A stretch of 64,000 bases of DNA, from positions 248,421 through 312,420 of the IMG/VR virus record IMGVR_UViG_3300032046_000001; one strand, written 5' to 3'. Below the pieces are notes generated by a model. It did no database searches. It was not told where the DNA came from and saw only the letters and a list, made by a program, of their open reading frames with translations. Within the stretch, counting starts at the first letter, position 1; each line of letters opens with the position of its first letter. This document shows positions 1 to 8,666 of the stretch, in pieces. A program made the position numbers and the translations under genes.

Positions 1-65
1 CCATTCACCAGAAGCAAGAATGGAATTGAACCATTAATGATATGCCTATCACCATTACTCGATAA

Positions 66-139
66 CAGGTCAGAGAGGATTTGAACCCCCGATCTTCGGA
101 TTTGGAGTCCGATGTTCTACCAAATTGAACTACTGACCT
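66..139 (-). tRNA. trnW: tRNA-Trp (anticodon CCA)
   Basis: Minus strand folds as a cloverleaf: AGGTCAG/CTGACCT acceptor, TCGGA-CTCCAAA-TCCGA anticodon arm, GGGGG-TTCAAAT-CCTCT T arm; CCA not encoded. Confidence 0.95.
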
Positions 140-242
140 ATTTGAGATTTCAGAAATGATATCCAATCAATATTCCATAATTATAACCACCAATATCGAC
201 TTTTTCACTAAAAATTAAAATAACATTTGGATCGGTATCAGA

Positions 243-435
243 TTAAAATAATGGAACTATATGAAAATTAATAGGAATACCACATCCGGTACACCCTTCA
301 ATACATGAACTTTTTTCAGGCATCAGATCGAAAAATTCCAATGCCTTTCTCACTTTATGGCACTTCTCAGGGGGTTGGTACGTCAAATGTAATATATTCA
401 TTTAGTACAGTTCCTTCAACATGTAATACATCCAT
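243..435 (-). pseudogene. Frameshifted paralog of the Cys-rich ORF at 1286..1540 (pseudogene, +1 frameshift gene or assembly indel)
   Basis: GGAGGA SD + ATG at 435 gives MDVLHVEGTVLNEYITFDVPTP then TGA; the +1 frame continues EKCHKVRKALEFFDLMPEKSSCIEGCTGCGIPINFHIVPLF, aligning with 1286..1540; length 193 = 3n+1; C5 run at 370-374. Confidence 0.75.
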
Positions 436-450
436 TTTGATTCCTCCTAA

Positions 451-630
451 TTAGAAATCGATTTGTAAACTTATTGTATCTTTTTCAATTCCGTCATCAT
501 CTGTTTCTTCGAACACAATTTCTTCAATTTCAGTTTGACTTGCAAAACCATCATCATAAACCAAAACTTCTACATCACCATGTTTTTTAATAATTTTTTC
601 AATCCTATCAATTAATTCTGATGCTAACAT
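451..630 (-). CDS. Small acidic hypothetical protein (59 aa)
   Basis: Manual translation MLASELIDRIEKIIKKHGDVEVLVYDDG...SLQIDF*, below the ORF-track cutoff, with upstream AGGGG. Confidence 0.7.
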   Translation of the reverse strand: MLASELIDRIEKIIKKHGDVEVLVYDDGFASQTEIEEIVFEETDDDGIEKDTISLQIDF

Positions 631-651
631 AAATACCCCTTTTTAAAAAAT

Positions 652-781
652 TGGTCGCACCGTGGAGATTTGAACTCCAATCCGAATAGCCGATCAAGCT
701 ATCCAATCCTTTGATTAAACTCTGCCCATATACAACTATGGCGGACTTTATTTAATCAGATCCCTATTAGACGACGGTGCT
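652..781 (-). ncRNA. tRNA-like RNA with two large inserted hairpins and encoded 3' CCA
   Basis: AGCACCG/CGGTGCG acceptor, A-CCA end, TGGAG-TTCAAAT-CTCCA T arm, GTCT-AATAG-GGAT D arm; central ~55 extra nt fold into long stems. Confidence 0.65.
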
Positions 782-788
782 AAATAAG

Positions 789-862
789 TTGACGTGAAAG
801 GACTTGAACCTTTGACCTAACGCTTATAAGGCGTTTGCTCTAACCAACTGAGCTACACGTCA
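789..862 (-). tRNA. trnI: tRNA-Ile (anticodon TAT)
   Basis: TGACGTG/CACGTCA acceptor, AACGC-CTTATAA-GCGTT anticodon arm, AAAGG-TTCAAGT-CCTTT T arm. Confidence 0.95.
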
Positions 863-879
863 AACTATGATACTAAAAA

Positions 880-1341
880 TTAACCACCGAATGTTTGTCT
901 GAATATTTCCCTAAATTCATTATATGGAATCATATTTTTTCCTTGTGATCCCTGGACACAAGTCATACCACAAAATTTTGAAATTTTGAGATTTTCAGTT
1001 GAATCTACTTGAAGCGGATTCTTTTCAAACACTGTTTGAGCTAAAGTTATACAAAAATCAGTATCTCTACCAATTCCTGCATTATATGCAGCTTGATATA
1101 TGGCGTATAAATTACCACACGCCTTTTCAAACTGTTCATTTTTTTGCTGTGTCTGTTCCAATTGGTTCTGACCTTGACTTGGAACTGGTGGAGCAACCGG
1201 ATAATTTCTGGTACAACCAAAGAGTAATACCATCAACACAATTGAAAAAAGTTTTGCGTATCCCCTTTTCTTTGAATAATTTAAATTAAAATGGCTGGAG
1301 AAGATCGATATCAATATTGAATCCGCATCCAGTGCATCCAT
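880..1341 (-). CDS. Putative lipoprotein (true start probably downstream of the ORF-track start)
   Basis: Hydrophobic stretch LFSIVLMVLLFGC resembling a lipobox, then Gln/Pro linker and Cys-containing domain. Confidence 0.55.
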   Translation of the reverse strand: MDALDADSILISIFSSHFNLNYSKKRGYAKLFSIVLMVLLFGCTRNYPVAPPVPSQGQNQLEQTQQKNEQFEKACGNLYAIYQAAYNAGIGRDTDFCITLAQTVFEKNPLQVDSTENLKISKFCGMTCVQGSQGKNMIPYNEFREIFRQTFGG

Positions 1342-1540
1342 CCGTGCAGGAGCTATTCACAGGAATGATGCTAAAGAATCCCAACGAGTCTCGTACTCGT
1401 GTACATATCGCAGGTGTAGGAACATTGAAGGTAATATGTTCGCCTGTGTCCATAGTACCTTCAACATGCAACGTTTCTTCAAATATGGAAAGATGTTTTA
1501 CCTTATCTCTTTGAGATGAATTCATTATAATTTCCTCCAT
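1286..1540 (-). CDS. Small Cys-rich hypothetical protein
   Basis: ORF track; C-x3-C-x2-C motif SSCTDGCTGCG; has a paralog at 243..435. Confidence 0.7.
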   Translation of the reverse strand: MEEIIMNSSQRDKVKHLSIFEETLHVEGTMDTGEHITFNVPTPAICTRVRDSLGFFSIIPVNSSCTDGCTGCGFNIDIDLLQPF

Positions 1541-1561
1541 TTAAAGTGTGATAAAAAATAG

Positions 1562-1632
1562 TGGCACTATGGAGGATCGAACTCCAGTTGGATGATCGAA
1601 GGTCATCTGTCCTGCCATTAGACGATAGTGCC
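1562..1632 (-). tRNA. trnE: tRNA-Glu (anticodon TTC)
   Basis: GGCACTA/TAGTGCC acceptor, GTCT/GGAC D stem, GATGA-CCTTCGA-TCATC anticodon arm, TGGAG-TTCGATC-CTCCA T arm. Confidence 0.9.
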
Positions 1633-1660
1633 GAATAAAAAATTTGATTGTATTACTACT

Positions 1661-1680
1661 TTCACATATTAATATATATA
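1661..1680 (-). promoter_or_regulatory. Conserved intergenic motif, putative phage promoter (copy 1)
   Basis: Plus strand TTCACATATTAATATATATA, 28 nt upstream of tRNA-Glu; identical to 17205..17224. Confidence 0.65.
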
Positions 1681-1781
1681 AATGTTCATCGATATCCCAA
1701 AATCAAAAAATCAACCTTCCAACACCAAATGCCCCATAATGTTTTCCAACAGGAACACATGGCATTGGATTTAAGGGATTT

Positions 1782-2186
1782 TCATATAATACCATTTCCG
1801 AGTCCTTCAACTAATTGAAAATAAAAAATCATGTATTCATCATATGACCTATGAAATATTGGTCTTATATTGTTTATTGAAAAGGGAACCGTATCCCTTT
1901 CTAAAACGTCAGTTAAACAACCACTTGTAAATTTATGTTTTCGTTTTTTATATATGATTTCTCCTGTCATCATCATACTTCTAAAAAAATTGAATTGATC
2001 ATGAGTTATTGGTCCCGTACATGTTATTGTCTGTCTGGATCTACCTGAGAATAACCAGTGGAGATACTCCGAATTTCTAATATTCGGTGCTCCAATAATA
2101 AAAAATGGTAACATTATACCTTCATACATGATATTTATAATCATTTCGGGTATTTTCATTTCTGGCATTTTAACATCCCTCATCAA
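1782..2186 (-). CDS. Hypothetical protein, paralog of 2671..3090
   Basis: Shared G..LPF, P.I...E...LF..RS, I.C.GP.T.D, G..IY motifs. Confidence 0.7.
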   Translation of the reverse strand: MMRDVKMPEMKIPEMIINIMYEGIMLPFFIIGAPNIRNSEYLHWLFSGRSRQTITCTGPITHDQFNFFRSMMMTGEIIYKKRKHKFTSGCLTDVLERDTVPFSINNIRPIFHRSYDEYMIFYFQLVEGLGNGII

Positions 2187-2197
2187 ATTAATTTTGA

Positions 2198-2656
2198 CTA
2201 TTTATATCTAACAATATTGACACTTGGAAAATATTGAACGATAATGGAAAGATAAACATTCCAATTACCGCCGCCTAATGTACATCCCATTTTTTCTGGA
2301 ATATAAACTTTATCAGGATCTAATTGATGTATTTCAATATGTCGTTTCAGTTTATTGAATGCATGATCAACAGCTTCATAATTTGTTTTTCTACTATCTG
2401 TTCCAATTTTTTCTTGTCCGAAAACATTAACAACTGATAATAATTCATTGATCTTTATAACCTGAATTGATCCTAATAGAGTATAACCACCTTCTCTACA
2501 CAAATCACGATATTGTTGATAAACTTCGGGATATTTATCACGTATTTGTTTCGCTAAACCAGCCCCCATAATACCGAGGCAATTAACCTGATGACAGATT
2601 AATCCCTCGGTAATAGAGAGCAAATTTCCATTCTGAACATGATATGTTATTTCCAA
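2198..2656 (-). CDS. Macro domain protein (ADP-ribose binding/hydrolase)
   Basis: GNLL...ICHQVNCLGIMGAGLAKQIR...YP and KMGCTLGGGNW, typical macro-domain motifs. Confidence 0.9.
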   Translation of the reverse strand: MEITYHVQNGNLLSITEGLICHQVNCLGIMGAGLAKQIRDKYPEVYQQYRDLCREGGYTLLGSIQVIKINELLSVVNVFGQEKIGTDSRKTNYEAVDHAFNKLKRHIEIHQLDPDKVYIPEKMGCTLGGGNWNVYLSIIVQYFPSVNIVRYK

Positions 2657-2670
2657 ATTTTTATTTCTCC

Positions 2671-3090
2671 TTAACTCTCAAAATCATTAATAGATTTAAT
2701 TCTGAATAAATTTCCTTTTATTACAATTGAAAAATTAACAAAATAATCATATTTACGTGATGGTATTTTACTTATTACTGCAATATATCGTGGCAATACA
2801 TCACTTTCTCCAAAACCACTTAATCGGCACTGCAACATTTTGTATGGATTATTATTGTATATCATAATACCCATAACTGGAAATGATTTTAAAATCGAAC
2901 ACTCATCACTTGTTAATGGTCCGTAACATCTTATTGCGCGTTCAATGTCATCACTACGTAATTTAAATAAAAATTCAATTGATTCTTCTCTGGAAATACC
3001 CGGAACACAATCGAGAACAAATGGAAGTAATTTCCCATCAATGTTAAGACAAACAAGAATATCTGATAATCTCATAATTAGTTCCTCCAT
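2671..3090 (-). CDS. Hypothetical protein, paralog of 1782..2186
   Basis: ORF with SD; aligns by eye to 1782..2186. Confidence 0.7.
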   Translation of the reverse strand: MEELIMRLSDILVCLNIDGKLLPFVLDCVPGISREESIEFLFKLRSDDIERAIRCYGPLTSDECSILKSFPVMGIMIYNNNPYKMLQCRLSGFGESDVLPRYIAVISKIPSRKYDYFVNFSIVIKGNLFRIKSINDFES

Positions 3091-3312
3091 AATTGAAGTT
3101 TAAAAAATTAATTATCCGTATCATCTATTAATATATTTAGTTTACCTCGTTTTTAATGATTATTTTATTATATCGTCTAACAGCCTTATGTAATCTTCTC
3201 TTATTTTTTTTATGGGTTTTTTTATTTCTTTTTATATAATTAAAATTATCATCATAATTATGACCAAATAATTTTAATAAATATACTTTCTCAAATTTAC
3301 TCTTAGGTTTCA

Positions 3313-3723
3313 TTAATCGTCATATATTGGTGAAAATTTCTTTTTTAATTTTTCATATAATTCGAGTTCGTTTTGAAATTCTTTTTGATGTTTTTCTATT
3401 TCTTTTTGTTTTTCTTGTTCTTTTTCTAATTCAATTTCTTGTTGTCGTTCTTTAATTAATTTTTCGAGAATTTTTTCTTGTCCGAATAAAAGTTCATTAT
3501 ATTCAACAGAAAAATAATCTATTTCATCTTCGCCGTCATAATAATCATGACTGTACTGATAATAAGTTATTGTAATATAATTATCTCCAAGACGAATTCG
3601 ATTAAAATCAAAATTTATTTTAAAAAATTCAGAAAATTTTTTAGAAATTTCTTCAGCCATTTCATGGAATAATTTATGTAATTTTTTGAAAGTTTCAATT
3701 TGTTCTTTTGTCATGTTTACCAA
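3313..3723 (-). CDS. Hypothetical protein with charged coiled-coil C-terminus
   Basis: ORF track, packed in operon. Confidence 0.65.
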   Translation of the reverse strand: MVNMTKEQIETFKKLHKLFHEMAEEISKKFSEFFKINFDFNRIRLGDNYITITYYQYSHDYYDGEDEIDYFSVEYNELLFGQEKILEKLIKERQQEIELEKEQEKQKEIEKHQKEFQNELELYEKLKKKFSPIYDD

Positions 3724-4303
3724 AGATCACATTTCCTTTCTTCGTTTTATAACAATATCCACATTCTAAACATGTTTTTTTATTTTTTTCATATAAACAT
3801 TCAAACCCATTTGCTCTTTTATCATTATTTATATATGCGATTCTAAATCCGTCGGGTGGATCAGGCATTGTTATATCAGTAGATAAAAAAATTTGGATAT
3901 TATTTAATTTATTTAGAACTTTTATTTTTTCAAATAAATTTGGAATCACACACGAACGAGTGTATGTCCAAAATTTAATACTTGATAATGATGAACAAAT
4001 TTTAATCCATGAATCAATATAATCTTCACTATAAAAATCTCCAGACGTGTGAATACGTACAATTGATTCACACGTCTTAGAGATTTTATTTATAATCATA
4101 TCAGAAAAATTAGTTTGATCTTTAGAATATTGAAAATTATTTTCGTATGATCGTTCACAAACTTTATATCTTTTCTGATATTTTAAAACATAACACTCTT
4201 TTTCACACCATTTACTTCTCCCAGGACAGCTATAATAACTGGGCATACTGATATTTAATATTTTTCCTAACTTTGTATTTCCCTTACTGATACAAAAATT
4301 CAT
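3695..4303 (-). CDS. Gp88-like (radical-SAM-related) phage protein
   Basis: CPGRSKWCEKECY, VRIHTSGDFYSEDY...W and terminal CLECGYC motifs. Confidence 0.7.
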   Translation of the reverse strand: MNFCISKGNTKLGKILNISMPSYYSCPGRSKWCEKECYVLKYQKRYKVCERSYENNFQYSKDQTNFSDMIINKISKTCESIVRIHTSGDFYSEDYIDSWIKICSSLSSIKFWTYTRSCVIPNLFEKIKVLNKLNNIQIFLSTDITMPDPPDGFRIAYINNDKRANGFECLYEKNKKTCLECGYCYKTKKGNVIFGKHDKRTN

Positions 4304-4792
4304 TTACGATTGTTGATTACTTTTCTCCTGTAGTATTTTAATATACTCTTGGATAATTGTGCGATAAACTAATCCATTTGGAAAGAATGGTAAAATATCA
4401 AATTCAGAATTTATCAAATTAAAATCATATTCTGTTTTGATACCATCATTATTCAATATTTTATCGAGTGCTTTTGCTGTAGCCGAACTACGACTTATAC
4501 CAGCATCGCACTGACACACTATCGTGTTAACATTGTCTTTATTTTCAAAAATAAAATTCAAAATTTGTCTGGCATGATTTTCATTGAATAAAGTCAATTT
4601 ATATTTTTCAATAATATCATCACCAATATCTTCTTCAACATCGCTAAATTTTAATTGTAGAATTCCTTTACAGTTTCTTCGTTTCGGAATTTTTGCGAAT
4701 TCTTCCGAATTTTCTGTAATTGAAATTATAATATATGGAACATCTGCATCAAAGAATCCTATAGTCCACCTGCTTTCAACTACCAGAATCAT
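4304..4792 (-). CDS. Predicted protein-tyrosine/dual-specificity phosphatase
   Basis: CX5R P-loop IVCQCDAGISRSSATA; ISIT N-terminal motif. Confidence 0.8.
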   Translation of the reverse strand: MILVVESRWTIGFFDADVPYIIISITENSEEFAKIPKRRNCKGILQLKFSDVEEDIGDDIIEKYKLTLFNENHARQILNFIFENKDNVNTIVCQCDAGISRSSATAKALDKILNNDGIKTEYDFNLINSEFDILPFFPNGLVYRTIIQEYIKILQEKSNQQS

Positions 4793-4970
4793 TTTTCTTC
4801 GTCTTTAATTTATAAATACCCCAAATTGTGAAAATCAATAGGGCTGTTCCAATTGGACACTTGATTAAACCCCAAATAAACAGAATACAAAAAACAATCA
4901 ATAAAATAAAGAAATCAATAGGTTCCATTTTTCCCTCCAATTATTTAATATGAATTAATTTCTTCTTTTG

Positions 4971-5147
4971 TCATACTTTATATAATCTCTTTTCAATTTG
5001 ATATATTTCATCATAATCATGACAGTTTGGACATCCTGCATCATAAGTTTCAGCAACCATTTCTCCTTCATATTCATAATATATCGTTCTTGGTTCTAAA
5101 TCTTCTTCATCACCAATCCAACCACATAATCGACAACTACACTTCAT
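4971..5147 (-). CDS. Small zinc-ribbon protein (58 aa)
   Basis: Manual translation MKCSCRLCGWIG...AGCPNCHD...; two CxxC pairs. Confidence 0.6.
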   Translation of the reverse strand: MKCSCRLCGWIGDEEDLEPRTIYYEYEGEMVAETYDAGCPNCHDYDEIYQIEKRLYKV

Positions 5148-5370
5148 GTTCTTCCATTACACCTGATATGGTGTATTTATCGAATTCGTTTATAGTGATA
5201 TTTGATTCTTCCAATATTTGAAATAGTTTCATCAGATCATGATTCAATTGTTGTCTCAATAAACCATATTCATATGGAAAGACAGACATAACATATTGAC
5301 TATCATGAAACTTAAAAGCCACGGTTGAATTTTTGACTCTTTCACTCATCGTCATCCTCCAATTTAGCAA
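5137..5370 (-). CDS. Hypothetical protein
   Basis: ORF track, overlapping neighbours in operon fashion. Confidence 0.5.
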   Translation of the reverse strand: MLNWRMTMSERVKNSTVAFKFHDSQYVMSVFPYEYGLLRQQLNHDLMKLFQILEESNITINEFDKYTISGVMEEHEV

Positions 5371-5593
5371 GTTTTTTATAAACTCTGTTCATATTATCCA
5401 GTGCTTCTTTAATATCATCTTGGTAAAGAACATATTCATCATCATCTACACTTTCAAGTAGACTTTCAATTTCTTTTATATATTCTAAGATTCTATTACC
5501 AATCGAATAACTTGTTGAACTACTATTTGTAACCAAATCATTTTTAACTTTCAATCTGAATTGTCCTCTTATCAATCTCGATAAGTCGTTCAC
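5342..5593 (-). CDS. Hypothetical protein
   Basis: ORF track, operon context. Confidence 0.5.
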   Translation of the reverse strand: MNDLSRLIRGQFRLKVKNDLVTNSSSTSYSIGNRILEYIKEIESLLESVDDDEYVLYQDDIKEALDNMNRVYKKLAKLEDDDE

Positions 5594-5732
5594 GTATTTT
5601 ATTAATTTTTTCTAAAATTTTTTTAATATCTGATTTTGTAACAAAATGATCATTGATTGAATTTTCAACTCTCTTAAGATTGTCTAATAATTCATCGACG
5701 ACAGACCGAAATATAATTCGCCCAAATATCAT
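5544..5732 (-). CDS. Hypothetical coiled-coil protein
   Basis: ORF track, operon context. Confidence 0.5.
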   Translation of the reverse strand: MIFGRIIFRSVVDELLDNLKRVENSINDHFVTKSDIKKILEKINKIRERLIEIDKRTIQIES

Positions 5733-5733
5733 T

Positions 5734-6321
5734 CTAATCAGGTTTTCTCCTAATTATTGATCGAAAATAAATATCCCTACCATCATAGGTGCATTGTGTT
5801 GATTGTATAACTTCAAATCGTCCCTCATATTCAAATAATCGTTTTATTCTTTGAGGAGTCGTGATATTTTGATGAGGATCATATGTTTCATTAAACATCT
5901 CAGTTGAGATAATTATGTCATTTTTATCAAAATTAGGATCATCAACATCTTCATCAAGAATCATCTGGGATAATGATCTGAAATTAGGACACACTAAATC
6001 AATGACACCATTTGTTTCTATTGCGGTTGAAAGAAGATAGATAAAAAATCCTGTCTGATCTCTTGGAATATGTTCGAAATATCTGTAAATTAAAGCCCCA
6101 TTGAATTTATATTTATAAGTTTTCAAAAATTCAAAAATATCATATTTTACTTCAAGAACACAATGATTAATTTCACCACTTAACCATTTCTTGTGTTGTA
6201 ATTCAGCGTATTCTGGTAAATCAGCCGTGAAATAATTGCGGTCTAAATTAACAATAAATTTACCTTCAATATCAATACCCAAATCTGGTTTACCAGCACC
6301 AATATTAAGAAACGATTCCAT
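5734..6321 (-). CDS. SAM-dependent methyltransferase-like protein
   Basis: FLNIGAG motif I, FEH and L...G.I.LVCP motifs. Confidence 0.65.
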   Translation of the reverse strand: MESFLNIGAGKPDLGIDIEGKFIVNLDRNYFTADLPEYAELQHKKWLSGEINHCVLEVKYDIFEFLKTYKYKFNGALIYRYFEHIPRDQTGFFIYLLSTAIETNGVIDLVCPNFRSLSQMILDEDVDDPNFDKNDIIISTEMFNETYDPHQNITTPQRIKRLFEYEGRFEVIQSTQCTYDGRDIYFRSIIRRKPD

Positions 6322-6336
6322 AAATAATATTCTCCT

Positions 6337-6504
6337 TTAACTAAATAACATTCCTATAAAAACAATACCCAAATAAATTATTGCGATTACACCTATTATG
6401 GCAAGTACAATAAAAAATTTAATTAAAAATATACTAAATGCCATAAATATAATTGGAAATATAAAAAAACATATGATAAATAATATAATAAATAATTCAA
6501 ACAT
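6337..6504 (-). CDS. Small membrane protein (55 aa)
   Basis: Manual translation MFELFIILFIICFFIFPIIFMAFSIFLIKFFIVLAIIGVIAIIYLGIVFIGMLFS*, upstream GGAGAG. Confidence 0.6.
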   Translation of the reverse strand: MFELFIILFIICFFIFPIIFMAFSIFLIKFFIVLAIIGVIAIIYLGIVFIGMLFS

Positions 6505-6516
6505 TGTCTATCTCTC

Positions 6517-7239
6517 CTATATAAACTCAATTACTATACTGTTAAAGAACGGTTTCAAATACTTATCAAAATATATTTCTTTATCAATATCATTACAATC
6601 TATCATCTGAATCACTGTTTCTGAAATTTTCATTCTACCATATTTTAAAAGAATTATTTCATAATATTCATTACTGATTGGAATACAAAAAATTTCTGGA
6701 TCTTCATTATTGATTAACTCGTCTCTTATTCTCTGTAGTGATCTAAAAATTGACTCTTTACTAAGAAAATTTATTTTTAGTATCTTTGAATAAAAATAAT
6801 TCATTTGACCATATTTATTAGCTATACCTTTAGCTGTGATTTCATTTTTATTATTGATTGCTATATAACTATTACGATCAGATGATATTATAAAATTTAG
6901 ATAAATATCTCTAAGTTTTAAAGATGTTTCATGATCGAGTATTTTTACTGGAGTTAATAACAATCCATCATATTGCCTCGTTATTATATCACTGTCAACG
7001 ACCTTATTTTTTAGAATAAAGTCATTGACAGTAGCCTCGGTTATTTTTCTTAAAATATTTATCAAATTGGGATACTTTTTCATTAAATTCCCTATTTGAA
7101 TATTTCGTTTTATTTTGTCATTTTTATCAATATTAGAAATATCATAACCCAATGATTCGAGTATAAAATAATGACAACTTTCTATATCGTATAAATAAAT
7201 ATTATTTAAAAATAGTTTACATTTCTCATTTATTTTCAT
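6517..7239 (-). CDS. Minimal family-B DNA polymerase palm-like protein
   Basis: YLYDIESCHY (motif A-like), RQYDGLL (motif C-like), ITAKG; far shorter than a full polymerase. Confidence 0.5.
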   Translation of the reverse strand: MKINEKCKLFLNNIYLYDIESCHYFILESLGYDISNIDKNDKIKRNIQIGNLMKKYPNLINILRKITEATVNDFILKNKVVDSDIITRQYDGLLLTPVKILDHETSLKLRDIYLNFIISSDRNSYIAINNKNEITAKGIANKYGQMNYFYSKILKINFLSKESIFRSLQRIRDELINNEDPEIFCIPISNEYYEIILLKYGRMKISETVIQMIDCNDIDKEIYFDKYLKPFFNSIVIEFI

Positions 7240-7519
7240 CTTTTATAAAATTTATTTCTAATTTATATCCAAATTGAAGGCAAATTTCAGTCATAATACT
7301 AACCACTGTATTATTAATCTCACTATTATCAAATGCGTAGTTAACATGTATCCAATCAAGACCAATTAAATCGCATAATGTCTTGTTTTCTTTGTTTAAA
7401 ATTTCAATTATTTTTTCTCTGATTTGAGATAAGTTTTGAAGTTGTAGTTCTTTTCTTTTAATATACAAGGGAATTAATTCCTCTTCCATTGTTTCATCCT
7501 GTAACATTATTTCCTCCAT
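7226..7519 (-). CDS. Hypothetical protein
   Basis: ORF track with SD. Confidence 0.6.
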   Translation of the reverse strand: MEEIMLQDETMEEELIPLYIKRKELQLQNLSQIREKIIEILNKENKTLCDLIGLDWIHVNYAFDNSEINNTVVSIMTEICLQFGYKLEINFIKDENK

Positions 7520-7526
7520 TATTTTA

Positions 7527-8399
7527 TTACATATTATCCCTTAAAATTTGTCTACCAACATGAGTTGATGTGTTTTCATTAGTTGGAAACTCACCAGTCA
7601 CTAATCCAATCATAATATTGTCTATTTTAATATGATGTAAATTATCTCTGATATCTTTTTGAAGGTTTAGAAAATATTCACACATATCTCCGTTTGTCCT
7701 CATAGTAGACCAGTTTTCAGTATTAGCGATAACCTTATATAACATCTTGACCATTTCTCTATTAGCTGATTCAGTTAATCGTTGTTCAATATTGATTGTA
7801 TTTTCTTTAAATAATACTGCATTATTATTTTTAACTTTGACAATATAATATGGAATTAGATTTTGATGTGCCATTGATATAATCAAATAATTTGATTTTC
7901 CACCATAACACTTCAAACAATAATCATTGAATATATGTACCATTCTGAATCCAGAATTATACACCGATATTTCAGAGACAGGTAAATCTAATACTGGAAT
8001 CTTATCCGCATTTTTGAAAATTAATAATTCGCGCCTTTTATTACCATCTGAAAGAAATCCACCTTTGGGATGGGGAATACTCAAAAATAAATATTCATCT
8101 GAATTAACACCTTTTACTCCAGCAGTTACAGATTTAATATCTGCTCCTTCTGGAAGTTCTGTTTTATATCTCTTCATCCACTCACTTAATGAAGTTATGG
8201 GTATTGCGATTTTTGGTTGCCTTGTAGTAGAAACTTGATCAGTAGTTTCTGTTATACAATCTTCAACAACTGGTTCAATTTCTTGAGTTGATTTTTTACG
8301 ATATTTCCTTTTAGTTGGGACTATAGCATCAATATCTTTTGGTATACCTGTAATCCCTTCGATCATTTTCAATATATCGTCATCTTTATCATCAATCAT
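7527..8399 (-). CDS. Hypothetical protein (290 aa)
   Basis: Long ORF with AAAGGA SD; no recognisable motif. Confidence 0.75.
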   Translation of the reverse strand: MIDDKDDDILKMIEGITGIPKDIDAIVPTKRKYRKKSTQEIEPVVEDCITETTDQVSTTRQPKIAIPITSLSEWMKRYKTELPEGADIKSVTAGVKGVNSDEYLFLSIPHPKGGFLSDGNKRRELLIFKNADKIPVLDLPVSEISVYNSGFRMVHIFNDYCLKCYGGKSNYLIISMAHQNLIPYYIVKVKNNNAVLFKENTINIEQRLTESANREMVKMLYKVIANTENWSTMRTNGDMCEYFLNLQKDIRDNLHHIKIDNIMIGLVTGEFPTNENTSTHVGRQILRDNM

Positions 8400-8430
8400 T
8401 GAAAAAATTTATTCCTTTCATTATAAAATA

Positions 8431-8464
8431 TTTGGAAGATCCGAGTAATTTCGGATCTTCCAAA
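8431..8464 (-). terminator. Perfect 14-bp hairpin, probable intrinsic terminator
   Basis: TTTGGAAGATCCGA-GTAATT-TCGGATCTTCCAAA just after the 8469..8666 stop. Confidence 0.7.
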
Positions 8465-8468
8465 ACAA

Positions 8469-8666
8469 TTAGAGAATACTATGACGAGCACAATATGCTC
8501 CTTTTATTATTTTGTCACTATTTTTGGGATTATGATACGATCTAAGTCCAACAGGATCATTATGTTCTGATGGATATGGTGCTTTAAACCAAGTATAAAT
8601 ACCTGTTTCTAATTCCCACAGACATTGTGGGCATGTTGGTAAAACAGAATCATCTTTTCTTTTCAT
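8469..8666 (-). CDS. Small hypothetical protein with CxxC
   Basis: ORF track, CPQC motif. Confidence 0.55.
   Translation of the reverse strand: MKRKDDSVLPTCPQCLWELETGIYTWFKAPYPSEHNDPVGLRSYHNPKNSDKIIKGAYCARHSIL

Noticed and set aside
146-242. Open frame after the TAA of the 243..435 paralog ending ...YGILIGYHF, resembling a beta-barrel end
   Set aside because: No start codon or SD and only ~30 codons; likely chance
652-781. tmRNA interpretation of the tRNA-like RNA
   Set aside because: Too short, no G3:U70 alanine identity pair, no tag ORF
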